This document shows positions 36,661 through 48,262 of a DNA stretch of 64,000 nt, piece after piece. Source of the stretch: an uncultured Acidobacteriota bacterium. Its GTDB lineage: Bacteria > Acidobacteriota > Terriglobia > Acidiferrales > UBA7541. The stretch's first letter is position 1, and each line of letters begins with the position of its first letter. The position numbers and the translations under genes are program-made. Below the pieces are notes generated by a model. It did no database searches, had not been told where the DNA came from, and saw only the letters and a list, made by a program, of their open reading frames with translations. The stretch spans positions 530,153 through 594,152 of the forward strand of contig CAVVWI010000006.1 of assembly GCA_963751935.1 (NCBI GenBank). The letters are read 5' to 3'.

Positions 36661-37691
36661 GTTCGTTCCTTTCGCGATTCGCACGGCACGCCAGAAACTG
36701 TTGCCGCCGGACCCATCCGCTCGCGGCGAAGCAGCCGGCGCAGGTGCGGCACGCAATACCAGGCGTACACGAGGGCGGCAATGCCCGCGTACATCCAAAG
36801 CCACGGCCCGAACAGACCCCACATGAGCCATCCATTGGCAACTTCCGCGAGATTGCCGTATTGCGGGGCGTTTGCCATAACGAGCCCGGGGCTCTTGAAA
36901 ACGAGAAAGAAGAAAATGAGGGTAGCGGCGATGTTGATCATCAGCCGCATCACCGGAAGGATCCAAGTCAAGCCGGGGCGCGCGAGGTTAATCACTCGCT
37001 GCGAGATCAAAGCCAGCAGGAGCGGCCAAACCGCTACGTAAACCGTGTGCCACGCGGGCGAGAAACTCAGATGAGCAGCGGCGCCGCCCAGCAACACTTG
37101 TGGGAAATGCGGAATCGCCAGCCACCACAAAGCAATAACGCTCCACAAGATCAGTCCCGACATCGAATACCACCGCGAAATCGGTATCAGCGGCGCCAAT
37201 TCCGCCGGAGGGTAGTACCAGGGCTGCGGGAACTTGCGGCGGATAAAATTCAGGATGATGAACGTAAGCGTCACACAGAAGATCTGGACCACCACGGCGA
37301 AGTAGAAATCCCGAATCGTGATGGACGTGTGGGTGAACAGCGCGATGGCGGCGATCGCAACCACCGTGATCGTCAAATTCACGCACAGGATGATCAAATA
37401 CATCGGAAACAACTCAGGCCCGATCAGTTCCCAGCCGAGCGACAAGCTACGGCGGTCTTGCCGGTAACGGCGCGCCACCAGCATCGGGTCGCCATTCTCC
37501 TTGAAGATGGCCATCTCTTCGGCATCGCTTACCGGTCTCCCGAGTTCCGTTCCCTTCTCATCGATTTGCGAGCGAAGGTCGTCGCCGAGCTCCTTGATGA
37601 TGTCGTCGGCCTGCCCTCTGGGCAGATAGCGTTTCACCGCTCGCAGGTAGCTATCGAGAAGTTCCATTTCGCGCTTCGTGCCTCCATCCAT
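36657..37691 (-). CDS. PadR-associated membrane protein (DUF1700/HAAS-like N-terminus)
   Basis: ELLDSYLRAVKRYLPRGQADDIIKELGDDLRSQIDEK, then multiple TM helices. Directly follows padR. Confidence 0.75.
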   Translation of the reverse strand: MDGGTKREMELLDSYLRAVKRYLPRGQADDIIKELGDDLRSQIDEKGTELGRPVSDAEEMAIFKENGDPMLVARRYRQDRRSLSLGWELIGPELFPMYLIILCVNLTITVVAIAAIALFTHTSITIRDFYFAVVVQIFCVTLTFIILNFIRRKFPQPWYYPPAELAPLIPISRWYSMSGLILWSVIALWWLAIPHFPQVLLGGAAAHLSFSPAWHTVYVAVWPLLLALISQRVINLARPGLTWILPVMRLMINIAATLIFFFLVFKSPGLVMANAPQYGNLAEVANGWLMWGLFGPWLWMYAGIAALVYAWYCVPHLRRLLRRERMGPAATVSGVPCESRKERT

Positions 37692-37692
37692 G

Positions 37693-38085
37693 TCAGGACT
37701 CCCTGAAAATTCCATCCAGCGACGAGTCGATGCTCTGCCACTCCGCGAACAGCGGTTTCAAAATTTGCTTTCCCTCGGGCGACAACCGGTAAAAACGCTT
37801 ATTGCGTTTGTCCTCTTCGCGCCACTCGCTCAGCAACAAACCTTGGGTTTCCAGGCGCCGCAGAAGCGGGTAGAGCGTGCCCTCGTCGATCTCCATGCCG
37901 TGGTCGGCCAACGCCTTCCGCAGTGTGTAGCCGTACTGCTCGCTGCGAAGAGCCGCCAGAACAGCGAGGACCAATGAGCCGCGGCGCAGCTCGAGTCGAA
38001 GGTTTTCGAGCAAGCCGTCGCTGTTAGTACCGTGCGTCATATAGTGTGCGTCACACACTGTACGATACACAGTATCGCCTGTCAA
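37693..38085 (-). CDS. PadR-family transcriptional regulator
   Basis: LVLAVLAALRSEQYGYTLRKALADHGMEIDEGTLYPLLRRLETQGLLLSEWRE is the canonical PadR winged helix. The start may be the internal Met at 38037. Confidence 0.9.
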   Translation of the reverse strand: MTGDTVYRTVCDAHYMTHGTNSDGLLENLRLELRRGSLVLAVLAALRSEQYGYTLRKALADHGMEIDEGTLYPLLRRLETQGLLLSEWREEDKRNKRFYRLSPEGKQILKPLFAEWQSIDSSLDGIFRES

Positions 38086-38115
38086 GGACTTTTTTGCGGC
38101 CGCTTTGCGCAGATC

Positions 38116-38160
38116 TTAGGTGTAAACGTAGCGCCGCGGCCTTCAGCGCGGCATGCTCGC
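38116..38160. repeat. REP-like element, family 2 (GTTTAAACGTAGCGCCGCG...TCAGCGCGGCAT)
   Basis: Related copies at 50751-50798 and 51966-52015. Confidence 0.6.
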
Positions 38161-38166
38161 TTGTAG

Positions 38167-39762
38167 TTAGCGGCGGAGGTCTTTGAGGATTTCCCGGGCG
38201 GCATGCGCGCCGGATACACCCGTCAACCCGTTGCCGGGATGCGTGCCGTTGCTGCAGAGATACAGGCCCTGCACCGGAGTGCGGTAGCGCGCCCAACCGA
38301 GTTGCGGGCGCATGGTGAAAAGCTGGTCGAGCGAAAGCTCGCCATGAAATGGATGGCCGCCCGTCAGGCCATACTCATCCTCGAGGTCCTTCGGCGTTAG
38401 CAATTGGGCGGCGAGTATCTTTGACGCCAGGTCCGGCGCGTACGCCGAAAGAGTGCGAACGATCGCGCCCTGCAGCGCGTCGCGATCTTTCGGGGACCAA
38501 TCGCCCGTCTTCAATTTGTACGGCGCGAACTGCATGCAAATAGACATCACATGCTTTCCTGCCGGCGCGAGCGAAGCGTCCAGCAGCGTCGGAATCATCA
38601 CATCCAGATAAGGCCCCGCCGAAAATTCGCCGTATTTCGAATGGTCGAATGCGCGTTCGAGGTAGTCGATTCCAGGGCCGATATGGATGCGCCCGCTCAG
38701 CGCGGCTGCGCCCTCAGCCGAATTCCTCAGCGCGGTGAACGAAGGCAGCGCGTCGAGCGCGAGATTTAATTTCGCGATCGTCCCGGAGCACCGATAGTTC
38801 TGCATCTTGACGACGAAGCTCGGCGGCAGATGCACCGGATCGAGCAGCGCAAGGAAAGTGCGGCGCGGATCGACTCCCGAGACGACCGTTTTCGCGGAAA
38901 TCTCTTCTCCGCTTCCGAGAGCAACGCCGGTGGCAACCCCATTTTTCACCAGGATGCGCGACACGGAGGCGACGGTGCGAATCTCCGCGCCAGCCTGCTT
39001 CGCAGCGGCCGCCATCGCTGCCGAAAGCCCGCCCATCCCGCCTTTCGGCATCGCCGAATTTCCCACGGGATACGGATCGGCGGCAGCGCGCAACAACAGA
39101 AGCGCGGTCGAGCCGGCCGACCACGGTCCCATCGCCGAGCCGAAGATTCCGCGCGCCGCGACGGCCGCGCGCAGCAGGTCCGTCTCGAAGAATTCAGCCA
39201 CAAAGTCCGCCAGCGCCATCGGGCCCCAGCGCAGCAGCCGCATCATTTCCTTTTTGCCGAGGCCGCGCACCTTGCGCCCGATTTTCACCAGCTTCCAAAG
39301 ATCTTCGCTCGAAGGGTTTTCGATCACCGGAGGCGTCAACTCGAGCAACTGCTCGACGATGGCCGCGGCCCGCGCGAGACGCTCGTGAAATTCCATGTAG
39401 CTCGAGGCGTCCGTCGACGAGACCTTCTTGATGTCCTCCGCGGAGCGCTTCGTATCCGTATACAACGTCAGCGCGCGGCCATCCGGCGTCGGCGCGAAGA
39501 TTCGCACCGGTGATTCGAGCTTTTGCAAGCCGTGGCGCGCAAGCTGCATGTCGTTCACGATCGACGGCAGCGGAGGCCCGCCCGTGTGCGCCAGCGTGGA
39601 GCAGCGAAATCCCGGATGAAATTCTTCGGTGATTGCGGCGCCGCCGACAATCGCCCGCCGTTCCAGCACCAGCGGCTTGAATCCCTTTTGTGCGAGATAA
39701 AATGCCGTGATCAGGGCGTTGTGCCCGCCGCCAATCACAATCGCGTCGTGTGTCTTCGCCAT
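38167..39762 (-). CDS. phytoene-desaturase (CrtI)-family FAD-dependent oxidoreductase
   Basis: N-terminal DAIVIGGGHNALITAFYLAQKG Rossmann motif. C-terminal GLYLCSNGTHPGNGLTG. Paralogous to 39950-41536. Confidence 0.85.
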   Translation of the reverse strand: MAKTHDAIVIGGGHNALITAFYLAQKGFKPLVLERRAIVGGAAITEEFHPGFRCSTLAHTGGPPLPSIVNDMQLARHGLQKLESPVRIFAPTPDGRALTLYTDTKRSAEDIKKVSSTDASSYMEFHERLARAAAIVEQLLELTPPVIENPSSEDLWKLVKIGRKVRGLGKKEMMRLLRWGPMALADFVAEFFETDLLRAAVAARGIFGSAMGPWSAGSTALLLLRAAADPYPVGNSAMPKGGMGGLSAAMAAAAKQAGAEIRTVASVSRILVKNGVATGVALGSGEEISAKTVVSGVDPRRTFLALLDPVHLPPSFVVKMQNYRCSGTIAKLNLALDALPSFTALRNSAEGAAALSGRIHIGPGIDYLERAFDHSKYGEFSAGPYLDVMIPTLLDASLAPAGKHVMSICMQFAPYKLKTGDWSPKDRDALQGAIVRTLSAYAPDLASKILAAQLLTPKDLEDEYGLTGGHPFHGELSLDQLFTMRPQLGWARYRTPVQGLYLCSNGTHPGNGLTGVSGAHAAREILKDLRR

Positions 39763-39813
39763 ATCAGTTGGAAGGGCGGGGTTTTAACCCCGCCGTTTCA
39801 CGCCCTAACAGAT

Positions 39814-39917
39814 CCTGTCATCCCGAGCGGAGTCCCGCGCCTTTGCATTTCGTCCCGGCCGTTTATGCCGGGACGCGCGGGACGCAGCGAGGGATCTGCT
39901 TTTGACTTTTGCTTTTC
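39814..39917. repeat. REP-like element, family 1 (CTGTCATCCCGAGC ... GGGATCTGCTTTTG)
   Basis: Related copies at 41557-41646 and 47766-47846 in the same orientation. Preceded by hairpin GGCGGGGTTTTAACCCCGCC (39775-39794). Confidence 0.65.
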
Positions 39918-39949
39918 TGCCAAACTAAATCTCCGCGCAGCCGCCACGT

Positions 39950-41536
39950 TCAGTGCTTACCCTTATCCTTAAGGATTTCCAGCGCAGCCAACCGTCCCGG
40001 CGCTCCCATAATTCCGCCGCCTGGATGGGTAGCCGACCCGCACATGTACAGCCGCTTGATGGGAGTGCGATACCGCGCCCAGCCCGCAACCGGCCGCAAG
40101 AAAAAGAGCTGTTCGAGCGAAAGTTCGCCCTGAAAAATGTTGCCCTCGCTCAGGCCCGTAATGCGTTCGATATCGAGAGGCGTAATCACCTGCCGTCCAA
40201 TGATGATTTTCTTCAGGTTCGGCGCGTGCTCGGCGATCGTGTCGATCACGGTATCGCCAAACGCTTCGCGCTGCTCGTCCCAGTTTCCCTTGCTCAATTT
40301 GTACGGCGCATACTGCACGAAACACGACATGATGTGCTTTCCCGGCGGCGCCACCGAAGGATCAGTGAGCGTCGGAATCACAATATCGATGTACGGGCGG
40401 CGCGAGAATTCGCCGTATTTCGCCTGGTCGTAGGCGCGCTCCATGTACTCGGTGGAGGGCGAAATCGACATCGCTCCGCGGAGATGACGCCCGCTGCCGG
40501 GCAGGCTCGTGAATTCCGGAAGCGCATCCAGCGCAAGATTTACCTTGCCGGAAGAACCGCGATATTTGTAGCGCTCGACTTCTTCGATGAAATCGCCCGG
40601 CAGCTCCCGCGATTCGATGAATTTCAGGAACGTGAGCCGCGGATCGACGCTGGAAGAAACGATCTCCGCGTGAATTTCTTCGCCGCTCTCGAGCGCCACA
40701 CCCTGCGCGACGCCATTCTTGATGATGATCCGCGCCACCGACGCTTCTGTGCGGATTTCGGCTCCCGCCTCGCGCGCGGCGCCGGCGATGGCATTCGAGA
40801 TTGCGCCCGTGCCGCCTCGGCTGAATCCCCACGAGCGAAACGCGCCGTCGATTTCGCCCATATAGTGGTGCAGCAAAACATACGCAGTGCCCGGCGAACG
40901 AATCCCGAGAAACGTGCCGATGATTCCCGATGCGGACATCGTCGATTTGAGCACGTCCGTCTCGAACCATTGATCGAGAAAATCGGCCGCGCTCATGGTC
41001 ATAAGCTGTACGAGGTTGTACTTGTCCTCCGCCGGAAGCGATTGGAAGCGCTTGCCGAGAAACGCCAGCTTTTTCAGGTCGCGCGGGTCGAGCGAACTCG
41101 GGTCCGGCGGAATCATGCCCAGAATCGGTTTCACAAACCGGCACATCTGCACCATGGCCTTGCCGAATTCCTCGTACGCCTCTGCATCGAGCTTCGAATG
41201 CCGCTCGAGCTCGCGACGCGTCTTGCCATGGTCGTTCACGCGCCAGAGAAAATCGCCGTTCGGCATCGGCGTAAACGTGCCGTCGAGCGGAAGAATCTCG
41301 AGTCCGTGGCGCGGCAGGTCGAGGTCGCGAATAATTTCTGGCCGCAGCAGCGAAACCACATAGGAGAAAACGGAAAACTTGAATCCCGGAATGATCTCTT
41401 CGGTGACGGCGGCGCCGCCCAGAACGTGACGCCGCTCCAGCACCACAACTTTCTTGCCCGCGCGCGCGAGATACGCCGCAGTCACAAGGCCGTTGTGCCC
41501 GCCGCCAATCACAATTGCGTCGTATCGTTTCGCCAT
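39950..41536 (-). CDS. phytoene-desaturase (CrtI)-family FAD-dependent oxidoreductase (paralog)
   Basis: YDAIVIGGGHNGLVTAAYLARAG. C-terminal RLYMCGSATHPGGGIMG. Collinear similarity to 38167-39762 throughout. Confidence 0.85.
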   Translation of the reverse strand: MAKRYDAIVIGGGHNGLVTAAYLARAGKKVVVLERRHVLGGAAVTEEIIPGFKFSVFSYVVSLLRPEIIRDLDLPRHGLEILPLDGTFTPMPNGDFLWRVNDHGKTRRELERHSKLDAEAYEEFGKAMVQMCRFVKPILGMIPPDPSSLDPRDLKKLAFLGKRFQSLPAEDKYNLVQLMTMSAADFLDQWFETDVLKSTMSASGIIGTFLGIRSPGTAYVLLHHYMGEIDGAFRSWGFSRGGTGAISNAIAGAAREAGAEIRTEASVARIIIKNGVAQGVALESGEEIHAEIVSSSVDPRLTFLKFIESRELPGDFIEEVERYKYRGSSGKVNLALDALPEFTSLPGSGRHLRGAMSISPSTEYMERAYDQAKYGEFSRRPYIDIVIPTLTDPSVAPPGKHIMSCFVQYAPYKLSKGNWDEQREAFGDTVIDTIAEHAPNLKKIIIGRQVITPLDIERITGLSEGNIFQGELSLEQLFFLRPVAGWARYRTPIKRLYMCGSATHPGGGIMGAPGRLAALEILKDKGKH

Positions 41537-41556
41537 AGAAACCGCCGCCTATGCGC

Positions 41557-41646
41557 CTGTCATCCCGACCGGAGTCCCGCGTTCTTGTTCTCGCTCGCGT
41601 AGCGAGCGCGCGGGACGAAGCGGAGGGACCTCTCTTCGCTTCGCGA
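41557..41646. repeat. REP-like element, family 1
   Basis: CCTGTCATCCCGACCGGAGTCCCGCG ... GCGGAGGGACC, similar to 39814-39917. Confidence 0.6.
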
Positions 41647-41893
41647 ACGAAACCGAAGCCGTCGCATTTTACAGGCCGTCTCGCGCAGCCACAAGGACGA
41701 ACCCGCCCAACGCAGGTACTTCGGCGCTCCGTTCCATCTGTGTTCATCTGTCCCGAGGCTTCGGGATCTGTGGTTCCCAAGGTTTTGGTTCTTCCTTGCC
41801 TCCTGCCTCCGTGCTTCCTTGCCTCCTCGCTTCCCTGCCTCCTGCTATAATCGCCGCCGCAAATCACACCGAAGCGCAGCGCGAGGAGCACCC

Positions 41894-43093
41894 GTGCCCA
41901 TAGGAACCGCGGTTCACGACCGAACTTCGAAATTGTGCGAAAGCCTGAACTACCGCGAGTGGTCGGGCTACTACGCGGTGAGCGTCTACGAAACGCACCA
42001 CGAGCACGAGTACAACGCCATTCGCAACGCGGCCGCGCTGATCGACGTGACGCCGCTCTACAAATATCTCGTGAGCGGAAAAGACGCGACGAAGCTCGTC
42101 AACCGCGTGATCACGCGCGACATCAACAAAGTCGCGATCGGCCAGGTGATCTATTGCTGCTGGTGCGACGAGCAGGGCAAAGTGATCGACGACGGCACCA
42201 TCTCGCGTCTCGGCGAGAATCTCTACCGTTGGACGGCCGCCGACCCCAGCATGCGCTGGTTCCATCAGAATGCGCTCGGCCTCGACGTCGATATCGAAGA
42301 TATTTCGGACAAAGTCGCGGCGCTCGCGCTGCAAGGCCCGACTTCCGGGCGCCTTCTCCTGCAGGCCGCCGAAGCCGACATCGCGAACCTGAAATATTTT
42401 CGCGTCACGCGCGGCAAAATTGCGGGAGTGGAAGTGGATATATCTCGCACCGGCTACACGGGCGACCTCGGCTATGAAATCTGGATTCCGTGGAACGACG
42501 CGCCGCGCGTTTGGGACGCGCTTTTCGACCACGGACGTCAGTTCGATTTGCACGCCGCGGGAATGCTCGCATTGGACGTCGCGCGCATCGAGGCGGGCTT
42601 GATTCTGATTGAGGTCGACTATTTCAGCAGCAAGAAAGCCATGATCGAATCGCAGAAATATTCGCCTTACGAGATTGGCCTTGGGCGGCTCGTCGATCTT
42701 AAAAAGGAACACTTCATCGGACGCGCGGCGCTGGAGGAAGAAAACGGCCGCGGCCCGAAACGCCTCCTCGCGGGCCTCGACATCAATTGGGACGACGTCG
42801 AGCGCTTGTACGACGCGGTCGGCCTCGCGCCGCAAGTGGCGAGCACGGCTTCGCGCGTGGCCGTGCCGGTTTATCGCGGCGGCCTGCAAATCGGCAAAGC
42901 TACGTCGACTACGTGGTCGCCGACGCTGAAGAAAATGATCGCGCTTGCCACCTTGAATCGCGAGCACGCCGCGCCCGGCACGGAACTGCAGATGGAGCTG
43001 ACCGTCGAAGCCGCGCGCCACAAGGTCCGCGCAATCGTCCGCGAGCTTCCCTTCTTCAACCCGCCGCGAAAGACGGCTACTGCCGCAATCTGA
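41894..43093 (+). CDS. aminomethyltransferase (GcvT)-family protein
   Basis: AIRNAAALIDVTPLYKYLVSGKDA, ALQGP, ISRTGYTGDLGYEIW motifs. GTG at 41894 preceded by GAGGAG. Confidence 0.85.
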   Translation: MPIGTAVHDRTSKLCESLNYREWSGYYAVSVYETHHEHEYNAIRNAAALIDVTPLYKYLVSGKDATKLVNRVITRDINKVAIGQVIYCCWCDEQGKVIDDGTISRLGENLYRWTAADPSMRWFHQNALGLDVDIEDISDKVAALALQGPTSGRLLLQAAEADIANLKYFRVTRGKIAGVEVDISRTGYTGDLGYEIWIPWNDAPRVWDALFDHGRQFDLHAAGMLALDVARIEAGLILIEVDYFSSKKAMIESQKYSPYEIGLGRLVDLKKEHFIGRAALEEENGRGPKRLLAGLDINWDDVERLYDAVGLAPQVASTASRVAVPVYRGGLQIGKATSTTWSPTLKKMIALATLNREHAAPGTELQMELTVEAARHKVRAIVRELPFFNPPRKTATAAI

Positions 43094-43106
43094 AGGCCAG
43101 TCGAGA

Positions 43107-45578
<2,472 letters not shown>

Positions 45579-45751
45579 GTCCCCTCCTCGCGGGCCGCAC
45601 TAGCCGTTCGAAAGCAGATACGTTCGGGTGCCTCGAGAAGTTCCCGGAAACGTGGTCGCGCCGCGAGCGCGCGTCCAAAGTTCGCCCCGGCGCATGGGAC
45701 CCGCGACGAATCTCTGGTACCTTTATAGAGGAGTCCGCAAAGGGGGAATGA

Positions 45752-47683
45752 ATGTCGTGCCGTAATCGTGGTGTCGCGCTAACGGCGCTGATCGTGTTCG
45801 CAATTGGGATTGCTGCCGCCGAAACGGTCCGCGCGCAAACGCCGCCCGGCACGATTCGCCTCGCCGTCGACGCATCGCAAGCGCCGCAAAAGATTCTGCA
45901 CGCGCACGAGCAGATTCCGGTGCAGGCCGGCGCGCTCACGCTTTACTACCCCGAGTGGATTCCCGGCGAACACATGCCCGACGGCCCGATCATCAACGTG
46001 GCTGGAATGAAGTTCAGCGCCGCCGGCAAGACGATTCCGTGGCGCCGCGATCTGGTGGACATGTTCGCGATTCACCTCGACGTGCCGCGCGGCGCGAATT
46101 CCCTCGATGTGGACCTCGATTTTCTTCTGTCCGCTCCCGCGTCAGGTTTCTCAGCAGGCGCTTCTGCTACCGCTTCGCTCGATGTATTGAGCTGGAACAC
46201 GGTTCTGCTCTATCCGAAAGGCTACGCCGTTCGCGATTTGACTTTCGCGCCGAGCTTGAAGATTCCCACCGGCTGGGAATTTGGCACCGCCCTCCCTGGC
46301 CCGCAACGCAACGGAGACACGATCGACTTTCCCTCCGTCCCGCTCAACACGCTGGTTGACTCGCCCGTACTCACAGGCCACTACTTCCATAAGATCCAGC
46401 TCACCCCGGGCCAGAATCCGCCTCATGAAATGGACATCGCCGCGGACAGCCGAGCGGCGCTCGCTATGAGTCCCGAGATGGAGTTGGATTTCCGCCAGCT
46501 CGTGGCGGAAACAGGCGCGCTTTTCGGCGTCCGTCACTATCGCGATTATCATTTTCTGATCACTCTCAGCGACGATGTGGCGCACTTCGGCCTCGAGCAT
46601 CACGAATCCAGCGACGACCGCACGTCCGAGCGCAGCCTGATCGACGAATCCGAGAAAATTCAATTCGCCGGGCTGCTTCCGCACGAATTCGTGCACTCGT
46701 GGAACGGAAAGTACCGCCGCCCGCTGGGCCTCGCGACGCCGGATTACCAGCAGCCCATGAAGGACGACCTGCTCTGGGTCTACGAGGGATTGACCGAGTA
46801 TCTCGGCAACGTTCTGACGGCAAGGAGCGGCCTGCTCACTCCCGAGCAAGCGCGTGAAGGCCTCGCCTACCTGGTTGCGACCTATGAGCACCGTCCGGGA
46901 CGCGACTGGCGCTCCCTGCAAGACACGGCGGACGCGGCGCCGTTCCTTTACAACGCCGGAACCGACTGGGCCAACTGGCGGCGCGGCACAGACTTCTACG
47001 AAGAAGGCTCGCTGCTCTGGCTCGATGTGGACACGACGATACGCCGCCTGACCAACGACCAAAAATCAATGAACGATTTCTGCAAGGCTTTCTACGCCGG
47101 ACCCGCCGGCGAGCCTGCCCTGAACACATTCACGTTCGATGATGTGGTCGCGGCGCTAAACGGAATCGCTCCCTACGACTGGAACGGATTTCTTCGCTCA
47201 CACCTAGATTCTCTGGCGCCCCGCACGCCACTCGAAGCCATCGAGAATGGCGGATGGAAGATCTACTACAATGAGGAGCCAAACCAGATCCAAACCAACA
47301 CCGAAATCGTCACTCATATCGTAGACCTGAGTACTTCCATTGGTTTGGGCGTCATCACGGATGGTTCCGTGTATGACGTTATTCACGGTGGCCCTGCATA
47401 CCAGGCCGGGATCGGTCCGGGAATGAAGATTGTGGCCGTCGAGGGCGGACAGTTTTCGCCGGAAGCGCTGCGCGCGGCCGTGGACGCGGCGAAAAACTCG
47501 GCGACGCCGATTCACTTGCTCGTCTCAAACGGCGCGCAATATCAAACCTACGCCGTCGACTATCATGGCGGCGTTCAGTACCCGCATCTCGAGCGCAACA
47601 ACAGTCGCCCCGACTACCTGGGCGAGATTCTGCATCCGCTCGCGCAAGCGGTTCCGACGGACGCGCAAAACACCGGCAAGTGA
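45752..47683 (+). CDS. M61-family glycyl aminopeptidase with C-terminal PDZ domain, secreted
   Basis: HEFVHSWNGKYRRP zinc motif. PDZ-like GGPAYQAGIGPGMKIVAVEG. Signal peptide. Confidence 0.85.
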   Translation: MSCRNRGVALTALIVFAIGIAAAETVRAQTPPGTIRLAVDASQAPQKILHAHEQIPVQAGALTLYYPEWIPGEHMPDGPIINVAGMKFSAAGKTIPWRRDLVDMFAIHLDVPRGANSLDVDLDFLLSAPASGFSAGASATASLDVLSWNTVLLYPKGYAVRDLTFAPSLKIPTGWEFGTALPGPQRNGDTIDFPSVPLNTLVDSPVLTGHYFHKIQLTPGQNPPHEMDIAADSRAALAMSPEMELDFRQLVAETGALFGVRHYRDYHFLITLSDDVAHFGLEHHESSDDRTSERSLIDESEKIQFAGLLPHEFVHSWNGKYRRPLGLATPDYQQPMKDDLLWVYEGLTEYLGNVLTARSGLLTPEQAREGLAYLVATYEHRPGRDWRSLQDTADAAPFLYNAGTDWANWRRGTDFYEEGSLLWLDVDTTIRRLTNDQKSMNDFCKAFYAGPAGEPALNTFTFDDVVAALNGIAPYDWNGFLRSHLDSLAPRTPLEAIENGGWKIYYNEEPNQIQTNTEIVTHIVDLSTSIGLGVITDGSVYDVIHGGPAYQAGIGPGMKIVAVEGGQFSPEALRAAVDAAKNSATPIHLLVSNGAQYQTYAVDYHGGVQYPHLERNNSRPDYLGEILHPLAQAVPTDAQNTGK

Positions 47684-47765
47684 GAACACAACCTTTCATG
47701 CTGACGATTTCAGTTCATCTGGCTGCGTCGACGATGCTGGGCAGGGATGGCGGTCCCACAACATC

Positions 47766-47846
47766 TTGTCATCCCGCCTGCCCTGAGCGCAGTCGAAGGG
47801 AATCGCCGCGGTTTGTGCGGGGTGCGGGATCTGCTTTTCGCTTTTG
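47766..47846. repeat. REP-like element, family 1
   Basis: TTGTCATCCCGCC ... GCGGGATCTGCTTTTCGCTTTTGG. Confidence 0.6.
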
Positions 47847-47888
47847 GACGCCCCTCGGCCTAGGATCCCAAAAGAACCAGATCATCCC

Positions 47889-48122
47889 ATGAAAATCACG
47901 CTCCACGCCGTCTTCGGAGTTTTGTTTCTGGTCTTGGGTGTCGTTGCGCTCATTCATCCGAATTTTGCGCTGCCCGGGAAAAAAAACGAAGTGATGATCG
48001 CCGATCAGAAAGTGGTGATCGAAACGCGAAGAATCATTTCGATCCCGCGCTTCGCGAGCGGCATCGAAGTCGTCCTCGGCATCGGCCTGATTTTCTTCGG
48101 CTCGCGGAAACCGCCGCGATGA
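47889..48122 (+). CDS. small membrane protein
   Basis: 77 aa from MKITLHAVFGVLFLVLGVVALI, with two hydrophobic helices. Confidence 0.5.
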   Translation: MKITLHAVFGVLFLVLGVVALIHPNFALPGKKNEVMIADQKVVIETRRIISIPRFASGIEVVLGIGLIFFGSRKPPR

Positions 48123-48171
48123 TCGGATTCACGACCCGGACAATTCATGGAAAAAGTTCGGTTTTTAGGGG

Positions 48172-48227
48172 GTCGGAGCTTCAGCTCCGACATTAAAGCT
48201 CGCTTTTTCGTAAGGGGTTTTAACCCC
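48172..48227. repeat. REP-like hairpins between convergent genes
   Basis: GTCGGAGC-TTCA-GCTCCGAC (48172-48191) and GGGGTTTTAACCCC (48214-48227). The second motif recurs at 39778-39791. Confidence 0.55.
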
Positions 48228-48262
48228 TGAGGCCACGCTTTTGACTTTTTCCGCGGGACTCT

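Noticed and set aside
36648-37706. 352-aa plus-strand ORF mirroring the PadR-associated membrane protein gene
   Set aside because: The minus-strand product has the DUF1700-like N-terminus, TM helices and operon coupling. The plus-strand product is Arg/His/Gln-rich with no motif.
39953-41602. 549-aa plus-strand ORF spanning the whole CrtI-like gene
   Set aside because: It is antisense to a gene with a clear Rossmann GxGxxG motif. Its translation is Arg/His-rich and low-complexity, as is typical of mirror ORFs in GC-rich DNA.
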